Below are positions 7,334 through 15,421 of a stretch of 64,000 bases of DNA, piece after piece. The first letter of the stretch is position 1, and every line of letters begins with the position of its first letter. This DNA is from a virus: the IMG/VR virus record IMGVR_UViG_3300006893_000001. One strand, given 5' to 3'. The notes beneath the pieces were generated by a model that was given only the letters and a program-made list of their open reading frames with translations, ran no database searches and was not told where the DNA came from. The position numbers and the translations under genes are program-made.

Positions 7334-7566
7334 CAGAGACCCGAGTCTATTCGTTCTTAGGTCGACTATACCCGGAAGGCACATCACCTTTCGGGTATTA
7401 TCCATGGCCTAGCGCCATCGAAACATTTAGAAAATTCGGCGAGACTGATTCTGAACTTAGGGACCGTATTTACAACTCAATTCAATCATCGGGTGTGACA
7501 CGAGACCACGATGCTCCACTCATTAAACCGCTATTGAATAGGCATGATAAGAATGCCAGACGTTAA
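7330..7566 (+). CDS. hypothetical protein (78 aa)
   Basis: ORF track; ATGA coupling. Confidence 0.55.
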   Translation: MTETRVYSFLGRLYPEGTSPFGYYPWPSAIETFRKFGETDSELRDRIYNSIQSSGVTRDHDAPLIKPLLNRHDKNARR

Positions 7567-7747
7567 AACGTGCGTTCATATTGACGAATTGCATGTGGTT
7601 ACACTATCATTTTCTGAATGGCCAACAAAGCGTACGTATTGTGGTGATTGTGGCCGATACGTTTGCGAGGTTTGTTGGGCCGAAGAATTACGACGGACTT
7701 ACATGAATTGTACGTCTTATCATTGCTACGCATGTTGTGATACGTGA
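7544..7747 (+). CDS. Cys-rich hypothetical protein (67 aa)
   Basis: CGDCGRYVCEVC...CTSYHCYACC. Confidence 0.5.
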   Translation: MIRMPDVKTCVHIDELHVVTLSFSEWPTKRTYCGDCGRYVCEVCWAEELRRTYMNCTSYHCYACCDT

Positions 7748-7851
7748 TAGCGAACATTGCGGCGGTTATCGGCATCGCGTTCGTGCTTTTAGTCGATATA
7801 CCGCGGCACATTATCACGGGTGCAATCTACAAGTTTAGAGGTGGACAATGA
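7744..7851 (+). CDS. single-pass membrane peptide (35 aa)
   Basis: GTGA overlap upstream and ATGA downstream; IAAVIGIAFVLLV helix. Confidence 0.35.
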   Translation: MIANIAAVIGIAFVLLVDIPRHIITGAIYKFRGGQ

Positions 7852-8126
7852 ACATGCCAAATGCTCCGAAGGCTGTGCAAGCAATGGTTATGGCTGTTAA
7901 TCGCGTCTGCGGTCAGCCAGAGGTGTCCAAAGACTTGTTCAAGATTCCAGTACAGGACCAAGAAGGTCAGTATGTAATCTTAATCTTTCGCTCGGATATG
8001 TTCAAGGAACTGAGCAAGGTCATCACCGATTTGCATTCTCGGTACGAAAAGACAGTCGTAGCCGCGACTGAAAGTGACTTGCGTCGCATCCGTGCTGGGA
8101 CGGACCTTGGTATAATTAAGCCATGA
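7848..8126 (+). CDS. hypothetical protein (92 aa)
   Basis: ORF track; coupled. Confidence 0.6.
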   Translation: MNMPNAPKAVQAMVMAVNRVCGQPEVSKDLFKIPVQDQEGQYVILIFRSDMFKELSKVITDLHSRYEKTVVAATESDLRRIRAGTDLGIIKP

Positions 8127-8578
8127 TTCAACGTTTGAACAGAATTGCTGAAGGCGTCGTCAACGCAATCGTCGTAATACTTATGCTGTTCCTCGCGTAT
8201 CACATTGGTTTTGTGTATGGCTTCCAAGCTGGACAGAATGCAGCGCCGTTCCATCCAACCGTTCAAACCAGGCAAATGTTCCACAGAATCCACCACACAT
8301 TTGCTGTCGCTACGGCGTACTGCGACAACGGCCGTACGGCTTCTGGAATGTGGACAGGTCCAGGGGTTGTAGCGATTGACCCGAATGTGATAAGATTAGG
8401 TACCGAAGTGTACTTGAATAACCATAGATACTTGGCAGCAGATACAGGCGGTGTCATTCGGTGGCACCGTCATCCGCGAAGCCAGTACGCAGACGTCGAT
8501 ATATGGATGGCGTCGTGCACAGAAGCAACAAATTGGGGCAGACGAGTAGTATCGTTTGACCAATACGCGAAAGGATAA
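8123..8578 (+). CDS. membrane-anchored 3D-domain (MltA/RlpA-like barrel) cell-wall protein
   Basis: N-terminal TM helix; TASGMWTGPGVVAIDPNVIRLGTEVYL..AADTGGVI..VDIW matches the 3D-domain pattern. Confidence 0.6.
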   Translation: MIQRLNRIAEGVVNAIVVILMLFLAYHIGFVYGFQAGQNAAPFHPTVQTRQMFHRIHHTFAVATAYCDNGRTASGMWTGPGVVAIDPNVIRLGTEVYLNNHRYLAADTGGVIRWHRHPRSQYADVDIWMASCTEATNWGRRVVSFDQYAKG

Positions 8579-8583
8579 AAATC

Positions 8584-8703
8584 ATGTTAGCAACAATCAT
8601 TCAATACGTAATCATCGGCTTTGGCTTCGGGATTGGATTCGCTCTCGGAACTGGACTCGTTGGTGCGGTGCTTAGTCTCACGAATCGTAAGGGTAACAAG
8701 TGA
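8584..8703 (+). CDS. Gly-rich membrane peptide (39 aa)
   Basis: VIIGFGFGIGFALGTGLVGAVL; GTGA overlap with the next gene. Confidence 0.4.
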   Translation: MLATIIQYVIIGFGFGIGFALGTGLVGAVLSLTNRKGNK

Positions 8704-9206
8704 AAACCGTTTACGCAGCTGGCCCTATTACGGGTATCAGCTATGGCGTGTCGACGTCGTGGCGCACAGAGTTACAGAAGCTACTTCCATTCAATGACGT
8801 AGTTATCATGTCACCGTTGCGCTCTAAGACATACCTCGCCGGTGAAACGGAAATCAAAGACCACTACGACCAAATTATGTCGACTCAGCGCGGCATCACA
8901 ACTCGTGACCGTTGGGACTGCATGTCGTGTGACGCCGTGGTCATCAATCTTCTCGGCGCTGGTCGAGTCTCAATTGGTACAATGATTGAGGTTGGCTGGT
9001 GCGACTCACGACGTATCCCTATCATCTTGGTGATGGAGGAGGAAGGCAACATTCACGAACATGCAATGCTTCGTGAGTGCTCCTCATTCAGAGTTAAGAC
9101 GCTGGCTGAAGCTGCTCATGTAATCAGCTCGCTCTTCAACCTCAGATGTGAGACGTGTGGAAAGTATCACAACGATTCCGAGTTCTGCGCGCCTGCTAAA
9201 ATATAA
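8700..9206 (+). CDS. nucleoside 2-deoxyribosyltransferase / DNPH1-like protein
   Basis: VYAAGPITG start, GTMIEVGWCDSRRIPIILV; C-terminal CxxC...C tail; GTG start. Confidence 0.55.
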   Translation: MKTVYAAGPITGISYGVSTSWRTELQKLLPFNDVVIMSPLRSKTYLAGETEIKDHYDQIMSTQRGITTRDRWDCMSCDAVVINLLGAGRVSIGTMIEVGWCDSRRIPIILVMEEEGNIHEHAMLRECSSFRVKTLAEAAHVISSLFNLRCETCGKYHNDSEFCAPAKI

Positions 9207-9222
9207 GAAAGGAGAAACAATA

Positions 9223-9465
9223 GTGAAGAATAACCTACTTGTTCTTGCGGCAATTGCTGTATTGGCTTTGACTGCGTGTACGACCAATAGTACGTATCCA
9301 AACACAAACTCAGTTCTACTGGTCCCAGTTCCTACGCACAAACCAGTCGCTACAGCCACGCCAACTGCTACGCCTACAGATGAACCGGAACCCACGCCAA
9401 AGCCGAGTCATTCACCGAAGCCTACGCCGACCCCATGCCCAACGGAAACACCAGACGGAGAGTAA
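9223..9465 (+). CDS. Pro/Thr-rich lipoprotein (80 aa)
   Basis: GTG start after AGGAGA; lipobox LALTAC; PTPTDEPEPTPKPSHSPKPTPTP. Confidence 0.6.
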   Translation: MKNNLLVLAAIAVLALTACTTNSTYPNTNSVLLVPVPTHKPVATATPTATPTDEPEPTPKPSHSPKPTPTPCPTETPDGE

Positions 9466-9722
9466 TGAACCTCTATACGAACGGCCGCGATTATGTGATT
9501 GCTGAGACGTTGTCTCAAGCGGTTCAGATTGCGGCTGACTTTTTTGGTATCCCGTTGGCTGAGTTCGTCGCTGATGTGCCTAACGATTCCTGGGAAATAA
9601 TTCCGCCGGAAGAAGCTTTCACGTATCATCACACTGAAGAGGACCCAATTCGTCCCGAGCGTCGCATTGTAGCTGATTGGCTAGCTACTGAGTCCGCTGG
9701 CTATTTTGCGTATTCAGACTAA
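9465..9722 (+). CDS. hypothetical protein (85 aa)
   Basis: Start trimmed to TAATG-coupled ATG. Confidence 0.6.
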   Translation: MNLYTNGRDYVIAETLSQAVQIAADFFGIPLAEFVADVPNDSWEIIPPEEAFTYHHTEEDPIRPERRIVADWLATESAGYFAYSD

Positions 9723-10693
9723 TGCAAGCACCATTTGAGACCGGCTTCGGGGAGCTTGACGAGACTCTTAAAATAGTCTTGGCACCGAGCCTTGCTCGTA
9801 ATGGTCCACCGAAACCACCTTTACCATTTGGCTTCCGATGGGAACATGTTCGTGAGACAGGCGACGTAATCCAGTATTGTCTTATGAGCGTGTGCCGCCA
9901 AGAAATTATTCAATCAAGCTTCGTCATCAATGCGCGAAGTATTGGATTCGCGGATAGTGGACTGCTGCCATACGACGAACTTTGCCAACTTGTTCAACAT
10001 AATATGCAGCAAGCTGTGCTTGAGGTGTTACGCCGCTTCCAAACAGAGTCTGAAGCGCTGTATAACTGTCTCGCCGCTTGTGTGCAATATTGGAATCAGG
10101 GTCTTGAACCTGCTATAATACGACAGTCATATCGCGAAGGCGCGTTGCAACACATACCCCACGCGACACCGTCACCGAACGAACATGTGTATCGCCAAGG
10201 CGAAATTCACGAACGCACTATTCATGATAACTTGACGCATGCGTATCGCAACCTTAGGTTCATTACAAGTGACCCAACTCGAGACGTCAATGTCTACAAC
10301 ATCTGGAGCAACGAGCGCGTTGCAGTTATTCGGATTCAAGACTTTTTGACCGAAGAGCAGATAATTGCAAATTGTGACCAACTCAACGAAGTCAACTCGC
10401 CTGACCGTACGTACAATCGCATGTGGCAGTGGGCAACCTTCCCGAACGGCACCATTGACCCCGCTGCGCCATTGAACTTGAATCCATTTCCACGTATTCG
10501 CATTCGACGTCCACAGGACCGTTTAGGTATGCGTCTCGCTGTGTTCAACCCTAACAACGAGAGTGACTTCTGCCACGTGGAGATGGTTCAATCACGCGAG
10601 GACATTTTACGTAACTTGTTACGTTGCCAGACCGCGGTGGATAATGGCTTAATTTTACGTACTAAAATACAAGAATATGAAGTTGGCGTCTGA
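9722..10693 (+). CDS. hypothetical protein (323 aa)
   Basis: Long ORF, coupled on both sides; no motif recognised. Confidence 0.7.
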   Translation: MQAPFETGFGELDETLKIVLAPSLARNGPPKPPLPFGFRWEHVRETGDVIQYCLMSVCRQEIIQSSFVINARSIGFADSGLLPYDELCQLVQHNMQQAVLEVLRRFQTESEALYNCLAACVQYWNQGLEPAIIRQSYREGALQHIPHATPSPNEHVYRQGEIHERTIHDNLTHAYRNLRFITSDPTRDVNVYNIWSNERVAVIRIQDFLTEEQIIANCDQLNEVNSPDRTYNRMWQWATFPNGTIDPAAPLNLNPFPRIRIRRPQDRLGMRLAVFNPNNESDFCHVEMVQSREDILRNLLRCQTAVDNGLILRTKIQEYEVGV

Positions 10694-10887
10694 TGTGGCA
10701 GGTAATGGAGCGCATTGACAAGTTCATCGGCGACCCGAATTTCAAAGGACCGCTGGAATGGGTCTATATTGGTCCGCCGCATAGTACAGAAGAGAAGGCA
10801 CAGCTTTACGCCGCGGATAAGTATGGAGTTCCGTGGCAGAACTTAAACCATGACCATGTGGTCGTGACTGAAACAGCACCGAGGTAA
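10693..10887 (+). CDS. hypothetical protein (64 aa)
   Basis: ORF track; TGATG coupling. Confidence 0.5.
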   Translation: MWQVMERIDKFIGDPNFKGPLEWVYIGPPHSTEEKAQLYAADKYGVPWQNLNHDHVVVTETAPR

Positions 10888-10891
10888 AATC

Positions 10892-11482
10892 ATGGCAACT
10901 ATGAAAGAACGCGCAAGAGTCGCGGTTGAAGGTTATCCTGGAAGTACAGCATCGCAAATTGCGAAGCTCATTGGTGAGCGACGTATGTCTAATGGTTATG
11001 GCACGACGTCATCTGCTCTTGTGAAGCTCGCTCACGCTGGTCTCGTATTCCGTAAAGAAGACGCTAAGGGAACTTGGCGCTACTATCCACCGCGTACGGC
11101 ATACGTGGGTGATGGTCCAGAAACTGCAGCTCCACGTCGTAAAGAAGCACCAGTTGTCGCAATTCAACAAACAAAGTGTAACTCTACGTGTAAATGCAAA
11201 GAACCACATATTCATCAAGCCGTTACTACGCACAAACCCGTCGACAAATTCTTGCTAGAGATTCCGATGGACCCAGAGGCAAAAGCTCGTATGCAGATTC
11301 GCAAGGGTGTCGAGCGCATCGCTGCCCTTACGCAGCTTGAGCACCGGCTTGAAGATAAGATTCGTTGGTTCCTATCAGAAGGCGAACGACGTAACGACCA
11401 ACTAGGTATCAAAGAAGTCGCTGCATTCGCTGCTCTCGAGGTAGAGCGTTGGCTCAATGACTATAAACTCCTATTCCCCTGA
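10892..11482 (+). CDS. winged-helix (MarR-like) DNA-binding protein, candidate regulator
   Basis: GSTASQIAKLIGE...SSALVKLAHAGLVFRKEDAKGTWRYY resembles an HTH plus wing; C-terminal coiled coil. Confidence 0.5.
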   Translation: MATMKERARVAVEGYPGSTASQIAKLIGERRMSNGYGTTSSALVKLAHAGLVFRKEDAKGTWRYYPPRTAYVGDGPETAAPRRKEAPVVAIQQTKCNSTCKCKEPHIHQAVTTHKPVDKFLLEIPMDPEAKARMQIRKGVERIAALTQLEHRLEDKIRWFLSEGERRNDQLGIKEVAAFAALEVERWLNDYKLLFP

Positions 11483-11651
11483 TTTAATCTGGTTCTCCGT
11501 CTGCGTAACAGTGGCGTGGATGGCTTACCAGCTAGGTCATAACGCTGCAATAGCGCAAGATAAGCTGACGAGGTTGCGAAACTTGCGTCAGCGTCAGCGT
11601 TTAGCGACTCATGTCTATCACGAGGAATACGAGGCTCGTCGAAAGCGATAG
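11457..11651 (+). CDS. small membrane protein (64 aa)
   Basis: LIWFSVCVTVAWMAYQL helix; basic tail. Confidence 0.45.
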   Translation: MTINSYSPDLIWFSVCVTVAWMAYQLGHNAAIAQDKLTRLRNLRQRQRLATHVYHEEYEARRKR

Positions 11652-11667
11652 TGCGACTTATGTCGCA
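11652..11667. promoter_or_regulatory. operator-like inverted repeat TGCGACTTATGTCGCA
   Basis: Perfect 6-bp arms; ends 1 nt before the -35 hexamer. Confidence 0.6.
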
Positions 11668-11668
11668 G

Positions 11669-11697
11669 TTTGCAGCGAAGTCTTAATCTGGTATAAT
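11669..11697 (+). promoter_or_regulatory. sigma70-like promoter TTTGCA-N17-TATAAT
   Basis: Consensus -10 and near-consensus -35 with optimal spacer; 42 nt upstream of amidoligase-2. Confidence 0.7.
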
Positions 11698-11739
11698 TGT
11701 AATCGTCAGACCCGACGGTAAATAGGAAGGGGCACAAAG

Positions 11740-13089
11740 TTGCCGCAACTGGAAATTCACGGCTATCATGGCTCAAATGCCCTGCATCTTTTAGGCCGTG
11801 GCGAAGTTCTCGACCCAAAGATTCCCCACTTCGGAATAGAGCTCGAAATGAATCCAGGACCCGATACAAATCGGGCCTCGCTTATGACTGAGCTTTATGC
11901 AAAATTCCACGGGACTGATGGTCGAGCATCCAGGTCGTTTACATGCCAACGCGATGGCTCTGTTCCAAACGGCATCGAAATCATCAGCCGCCCGCTTACG
12001 TTCCAAGCGTCCCTCGAGTTCTTAGACGACCTGCTACCGTTGCAGAATGGTACCGACGAATATCAGCGTCTTCGTGCGTGCGGAATGCATGTCCATATAT
12101 CACGTAGTGCTTTGTCTCAGAATCAGCTCGGGCGTATGGTGCTATTCGTGCACAGTCCACCGATGTTCGACTTCATGAGCAGAGTGGCTCGTCGTCAACT
12201 AACTAATCATTTTTGCCGCGCAGGTCAAAAGAGGTCGTGGTTGCAAGGGTTTACGGAGTTAACGCCACACCAACGTCAGGCAGTTAAGACTCGCATAACT
12301 GGCCTTGATTATCGAGGACGGATACAAAATCATGGAAAGTATCAAGCGCTGAACACAGAACGGCGCGACACAATTGAAGTCAGAATGTTTGCATCTACGA
12401 ATGACCCATTATATGCTAAGTCGAACATTGAGTTCTGCGAGGCGATGCTGACATACTGCAAGCCTATGGTGAGTCCACTCAAAGATTTAGTGATACCGCA
12501 CAAGTTCATCGATTTCGTGACTAGTAATCGGATGGCGTATCCTAGTCTCTCTGAGCGCTTCGGTTATCGAGACCGCTTCGGCGAGTTCTATGAGTTTCCA
12601 GTGACAGCATCAGGTCGTCCACGCAGACCACGAACCGACGTATCTGGACTGCCACGCGGTCAGCGTACTATGAGAATCACTCCAGCAGGACTTGAAGGAC
12701 ACGACGCTGAAGTAGCAGCAGCATTACGTTTTAACACAGAACGACTGGCAACTGAAGCAGCTATGAACTTAGACAGGTCAATAGCAGCGAGTATGGTTGC
12801 AACAAGTCAGCATCCAAGGTATCGTCGAGCCACGGTTCCGGCGGCGCGACGAATGCCTGGTATAGTGGACTTCGGAGTAGCACTTGGCGGAGGCTCGCGC
12901 CCACATACTACAGAGATTCGAGCATACGTTGCTGAGCATGGAATGCCGGTAGGATATAGACGACGTCGCGAATACCTCGAGTGGTACCGGCAACTATGCA
13001 ACAACAGATTTGTCACGGCTCGTGGCAATGTCTTGACGGGTGACGAACTCAGCCGTCGAGCAATTGAGCGCTTGCGTTGCGCTAGGTAA
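11740..13089 (+). CDS. Amidoligase_2-type carboxylate-amine ligase, paralog 2 (449 aa)
   Basis: TTG start after AGGAAGGGG; FGIELEM, DGSVPNGIEIISRP, CGMHVHIS, TIEVRMFASTN. Confidence 0.8.
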   Translation: MPQLEIHGYHGSNALHLLGRGEVLDPKIPHFGIELEMNPGPDTNRASLMTELYAKFHGTDGRASRSFTCQRDGSVPNGIEIISRPLTFQASLEFLDDLLPLQNGTDEYQRLRACGMHVHISRSALSQNQLGRMVLFVHSPPMFDFMSRVARRQLTNHFCRAGQKRSWLQGFTELTPHQRQAVKTRITGLDYRGRIQNHGKYQALNTERRDTIEVRMFASTNDPLYAKSNIEFCEAMLTYCKPMVSPLKDLVIPHKFIDFVTSNRMAYPSLSERFGYRDRFGEFYEFPVTASGRPRRPRTDVSGLPRGQRTMRITPAGLEGHDAEVAAALRFNTERLATEAAMNLDRSIAASMVATSQHPRYRRATVPAARRMPGIVDFGVALGGGSRPHTTEIRAYVAEHGMPVGYRRRREYLEWYRQLCNNRFVTARGNVLTGDELSRRAIERLRCAR

Positions 13090-13100
13090 GAAAGGAAACT

Positions 13101-14060
13101 ATGTGCGTTATTATTGTTAAACCAGTCGACAAGCAAGTCGAGTTCAAGACTTTGCGGCAAGCCAACAAGGCTAATCCGCATGGCTGGGGTGTGCTTGCGA
13201 AGACTCCTGAAGGAATGGTTGTGACCAAAGGCTGGTCTGGCACCAAACTATGCGAAGCTTATGCGAAGTATAAGCAATATGAGCAAGTCATCCACTGCCG
13301 TATAGGAACCTGTGGTATCCTCGACGAACGCAACATCCACCCATTTGCGGTGGACGACGCTTCGACTACCTACTTGTTTCATAACGGCGGTATGCTGAAC
13401 GTCAACCGGCATAACCCGGACTTCAATGACACGTGGCATTTTGCACGATTGATTCAGAAGCCTGTGGAGAAATATCCAGACCTTTTGGAAAATCCGGAGT
13501 TCTACAAGTACTTGCAGGAGTTTGCCGGTGGGTCTCACAAGTTCGTCATCGTGACCGCGGGCAAAACTGTGATTGTCAACGAAGGCCTTGGCCGGTGGGT
13601 CAACGGATGCTGGCACTCGAATATGTCGGCTCTACAGTGTCGCGCGCAAGTCAAACCACGGTGGCAGAAGCAAATCAATAACAATCTACGCTACTTCAAC
13701 AACTTAACGCCGCTCAACACAGATGTGCCACATCTGATAGACGATTGGACACCAGACTCAGGTCCATGGTACGACGGGCTTACGAACATCGAACAGGACT
13801 TTGTCCATAAGACTATCGTTGCAAACCATAGTCAAGTTGACGGATACGAACGCTACATCGAAACCATCAAGAACGCTCGCGATGAAGTCTTTCGGCTTCG
13901 TATGCAGGCAGCCACAGAGACGAATATGGTCTCACCAACGCAGCTTCCGCTCGTGGCGTTGCGTTCCGCGGGTCGACGTAATAGATTCAAACGAGGAAAT
14001 CGTCCTACTAAAACATCGGCCATTGTGCCGGTAGAAGCGAGAATCGTATATGGAGACTAG
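13101..14060 (+). CDS. class II (Ntn, Cys1) GAT-like thiol peptidase, paralog 2 (319 aa)
   Basis: MCVIIVKP, NPHGWG, HCRIGTCG..IHPF, LFHNG; GAAAGGAAA SD. Confidence 0.8.
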   Translation: MCVIIVKPVDKQVEFKTLRQANKANPHGWGVLAKTPEGMVVTKGWSGTKLCEAYAKYKQYEQVIHCRIGTCGILDERNIHPFAVDDASTTYLFHNGGMLNVNRHNPDFNDTWHFARLIQKPVEKYPDLLENPEFYKYLQEFAGGSHKFVIVTAGKTVIVNEGLGRWVNGCWHSNMSALQCRAQVKPRWQKQINNNLRYFNNLTPLNTDVPHLIDDWTPDSGPWYDGLTNIEQDFVHKTIVANHSQVDGYERYIETIKNARDEVFRLRMQAATETNMVSPTQLPLVALRSAGRRNRFKRGNRPTKTSAIVPVEARIVYGD

Positions 14061-14526
14061 AGCATTCGGCATTGACTACTTCGGCTTCGGCGATAAGCAA
14101 GAGGATGTGCTAGAGCTTATCAAACTAAACGGCGATAAGCGAATCCCACAGTCGACAGTGGATTTCTACAAGAATCCCGATGGTTCGGGTGTAGTGGTTC
14201 GCGCCTTCTATCAAGGACGACTCATTGGCTTCAGCGCCTCAGCACTAATGGAGCCAGGACACTCTATCACAGTCATTGACCGCGACTTCCGTGGTTGGGG
14301 AATAGGCTCGTCTCTGCTTGCCAAGAAGCTGCGCCTCTGCCGCACAAAGGCATACGTGGCTGAGGATAACGCTGGTTCCATCCGAATCTGTGAACGGGTT
14401 GGAATGGTGGTTACTGGTCGGCGACTTGGGCGTCGACAATCAGGTGACTTCACACAAGTCGTCTATGAGTTCAAGTCTAAGAAGGGAATTATGGCATGGC
14501 TCGAAAAGTTACTACCGACGGGTTAA
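14050..14526 (+). CDS. GNAT-family N-acyltransferase
   Basis: Acyl-CoA motif A FRGWGIGSSLL; overlaps upstream gene by 11 nt. Confidence 0.75.
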   Translation: METRAFGIDYFGFGDKQEDVLELIKLNGDKRIPQSTVDFYKNPDGSGVVVRAFYQGRLIGFSASALMEPGHSITVIDRDFRGWGIGSSLLAKKLRLCRTKAYVAEDNAGSIRICERVGMVVTGRRLGRRQSGDFTQVVYEFKSKKGIMAWLEKLLPTG

Positions 14527-14756
14527 GCGTCAAAGAAGCTGCGTTTGTAACGTTTCTGAATAACTTCAGAGCGCCAAAGCTTGAGTACTTCACTGTTCCT
14601 TGGGGCCGCGATGAGTTTATGTCATACTACGAGAAGCGTAGACTTGACCCAGCCAAGGTCGATGAATGGGTCGATATGGCAATTCGATACGCCTGCGATG
14701 GCAGGACCATTGAAGAGTACGCGAAGATATGGAGAAAACGCAATGTCCCTGCCTGA
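14496..14756 (+). CDS. hypothetical protein (86 aa)
   Basis: ORF track; overlaps both neighbours. Confidence 0.5.
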   Translation: MARKVTTDGLSVKEAAFVTFLNNFRAPKLEYFTVPWGRDEFMSYYEKRRLDPAKVDEWVDMAIRYACDGRTIEEYAKIWRKRNVPA

Positions 14757-15282
14757 TTACTTCGAACAAGGCAGCTATCGGTATCTATTAACTCGAACAC
14801 TGCCAGATGTTCCGCTTGCATTCTCGAAGGAACGAACACTGCTCTACATCATGCTAAATCCATCTACCGCGGATGATACGGTTGATGACCCGACAATACG
14901 GCGCTGCGTAGGACAGGCTCGAGCGTGGGACTTCAACCGCATTCGGGTCGTGAATTTGTTTGCTCAGCGAGCCACAAATCCAAAGGACCTCGAGCCCGTA
15001 TCCTCAGTAGGCATGCACAACGACTCAATTATGCACCGAGTTTTAGATGAAGTTGACATGGTTGTAGCCGCTTGGGGAAACCCTGTTGGGAAGTTCAGAA
15101 AGCAGATGAAGATTGACTTCGGGATACAGGTGGCTAGTACCATTAGGACAGTAACGGAACGCATGGACTTATACTGCCTCGAGGTTCTACGGTCAGGCCA
15201 GCCCAAACATCCGCTGTATTGTCGTCGAAAAGAGAGGGGTTTACTTTACCAACGCAAAAGGGTAGAATCGGTCCTAGTGTAG
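14743..15282 (+). CDS. DUF1643-family protein
   Basis: Start trimmed to MSLPDYF; YRYLLTR, LYIMLNPSTAD, DPTIRRC, VNLFA, AAWGN, PKHPLY match the DUF1643 pattern. Confidence 0.75.
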   Translation: MSLPDYFEQGSYRYLLTRTLPDVPLAFSKERTLLYIMLNPSTADDTVDDPTIRRCVGQARAWDFNRIRVVNLFAQRATNPKDLEPVSSVGMHNDSIMHRVLDEVDMVVAAWGNPVGKFRKQMKIDFGIQVASTIRTVTERMDLYCLEVLRSGQPKHPLYCRRKERGLLYQRKRVESVLV

Positions 15283-15340
15283 GACTTCCATAGAGCCACC
15301 GAACAGAAATGTCTCCGTGGCTCAACTATGTCCGGTTCGG

Positions 15341-15414
15341 TGGGAAGTAGTGTAGCGGCAACACGCGTGGTTTGGGACCATGTATTGCGGGTTCGACTCC
15401 TGTCTTTCCAACCA
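15341..15414 (+). tRNA. tRNA-Pro (anticodon UGG)
   Basis: Acceptor TGGGAAG/CTTTCCA, anticodon loop TTTGGGA, T-loop TTCGACT, CCA encoded. Confidence 0.85.
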
Positions 15415-15421
15415 TAACATC

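Noticed and set aside
14050-14756. GNAT plus the small downstream ORF as a TacT/AtaT-type toxin-antitoxin pair acting on the adjacent tRNAs
   Set aside because: There is no upstream RHH/DUF1778-type antitoxin. The gene order is opposite to known GNAT toxin-antitoxin modules, and the GNAT overlaps the GAT-like gene as part of that operon. The idea stays only as one option under the operon finding.
15293-15323. Hairpin GAGCCAC-N17-GTGGCTC after the DUF1643 gene as a terminator
   Set aside because: It has a large loop and no downstream U-tract. It is more likely incidental or a processing site.
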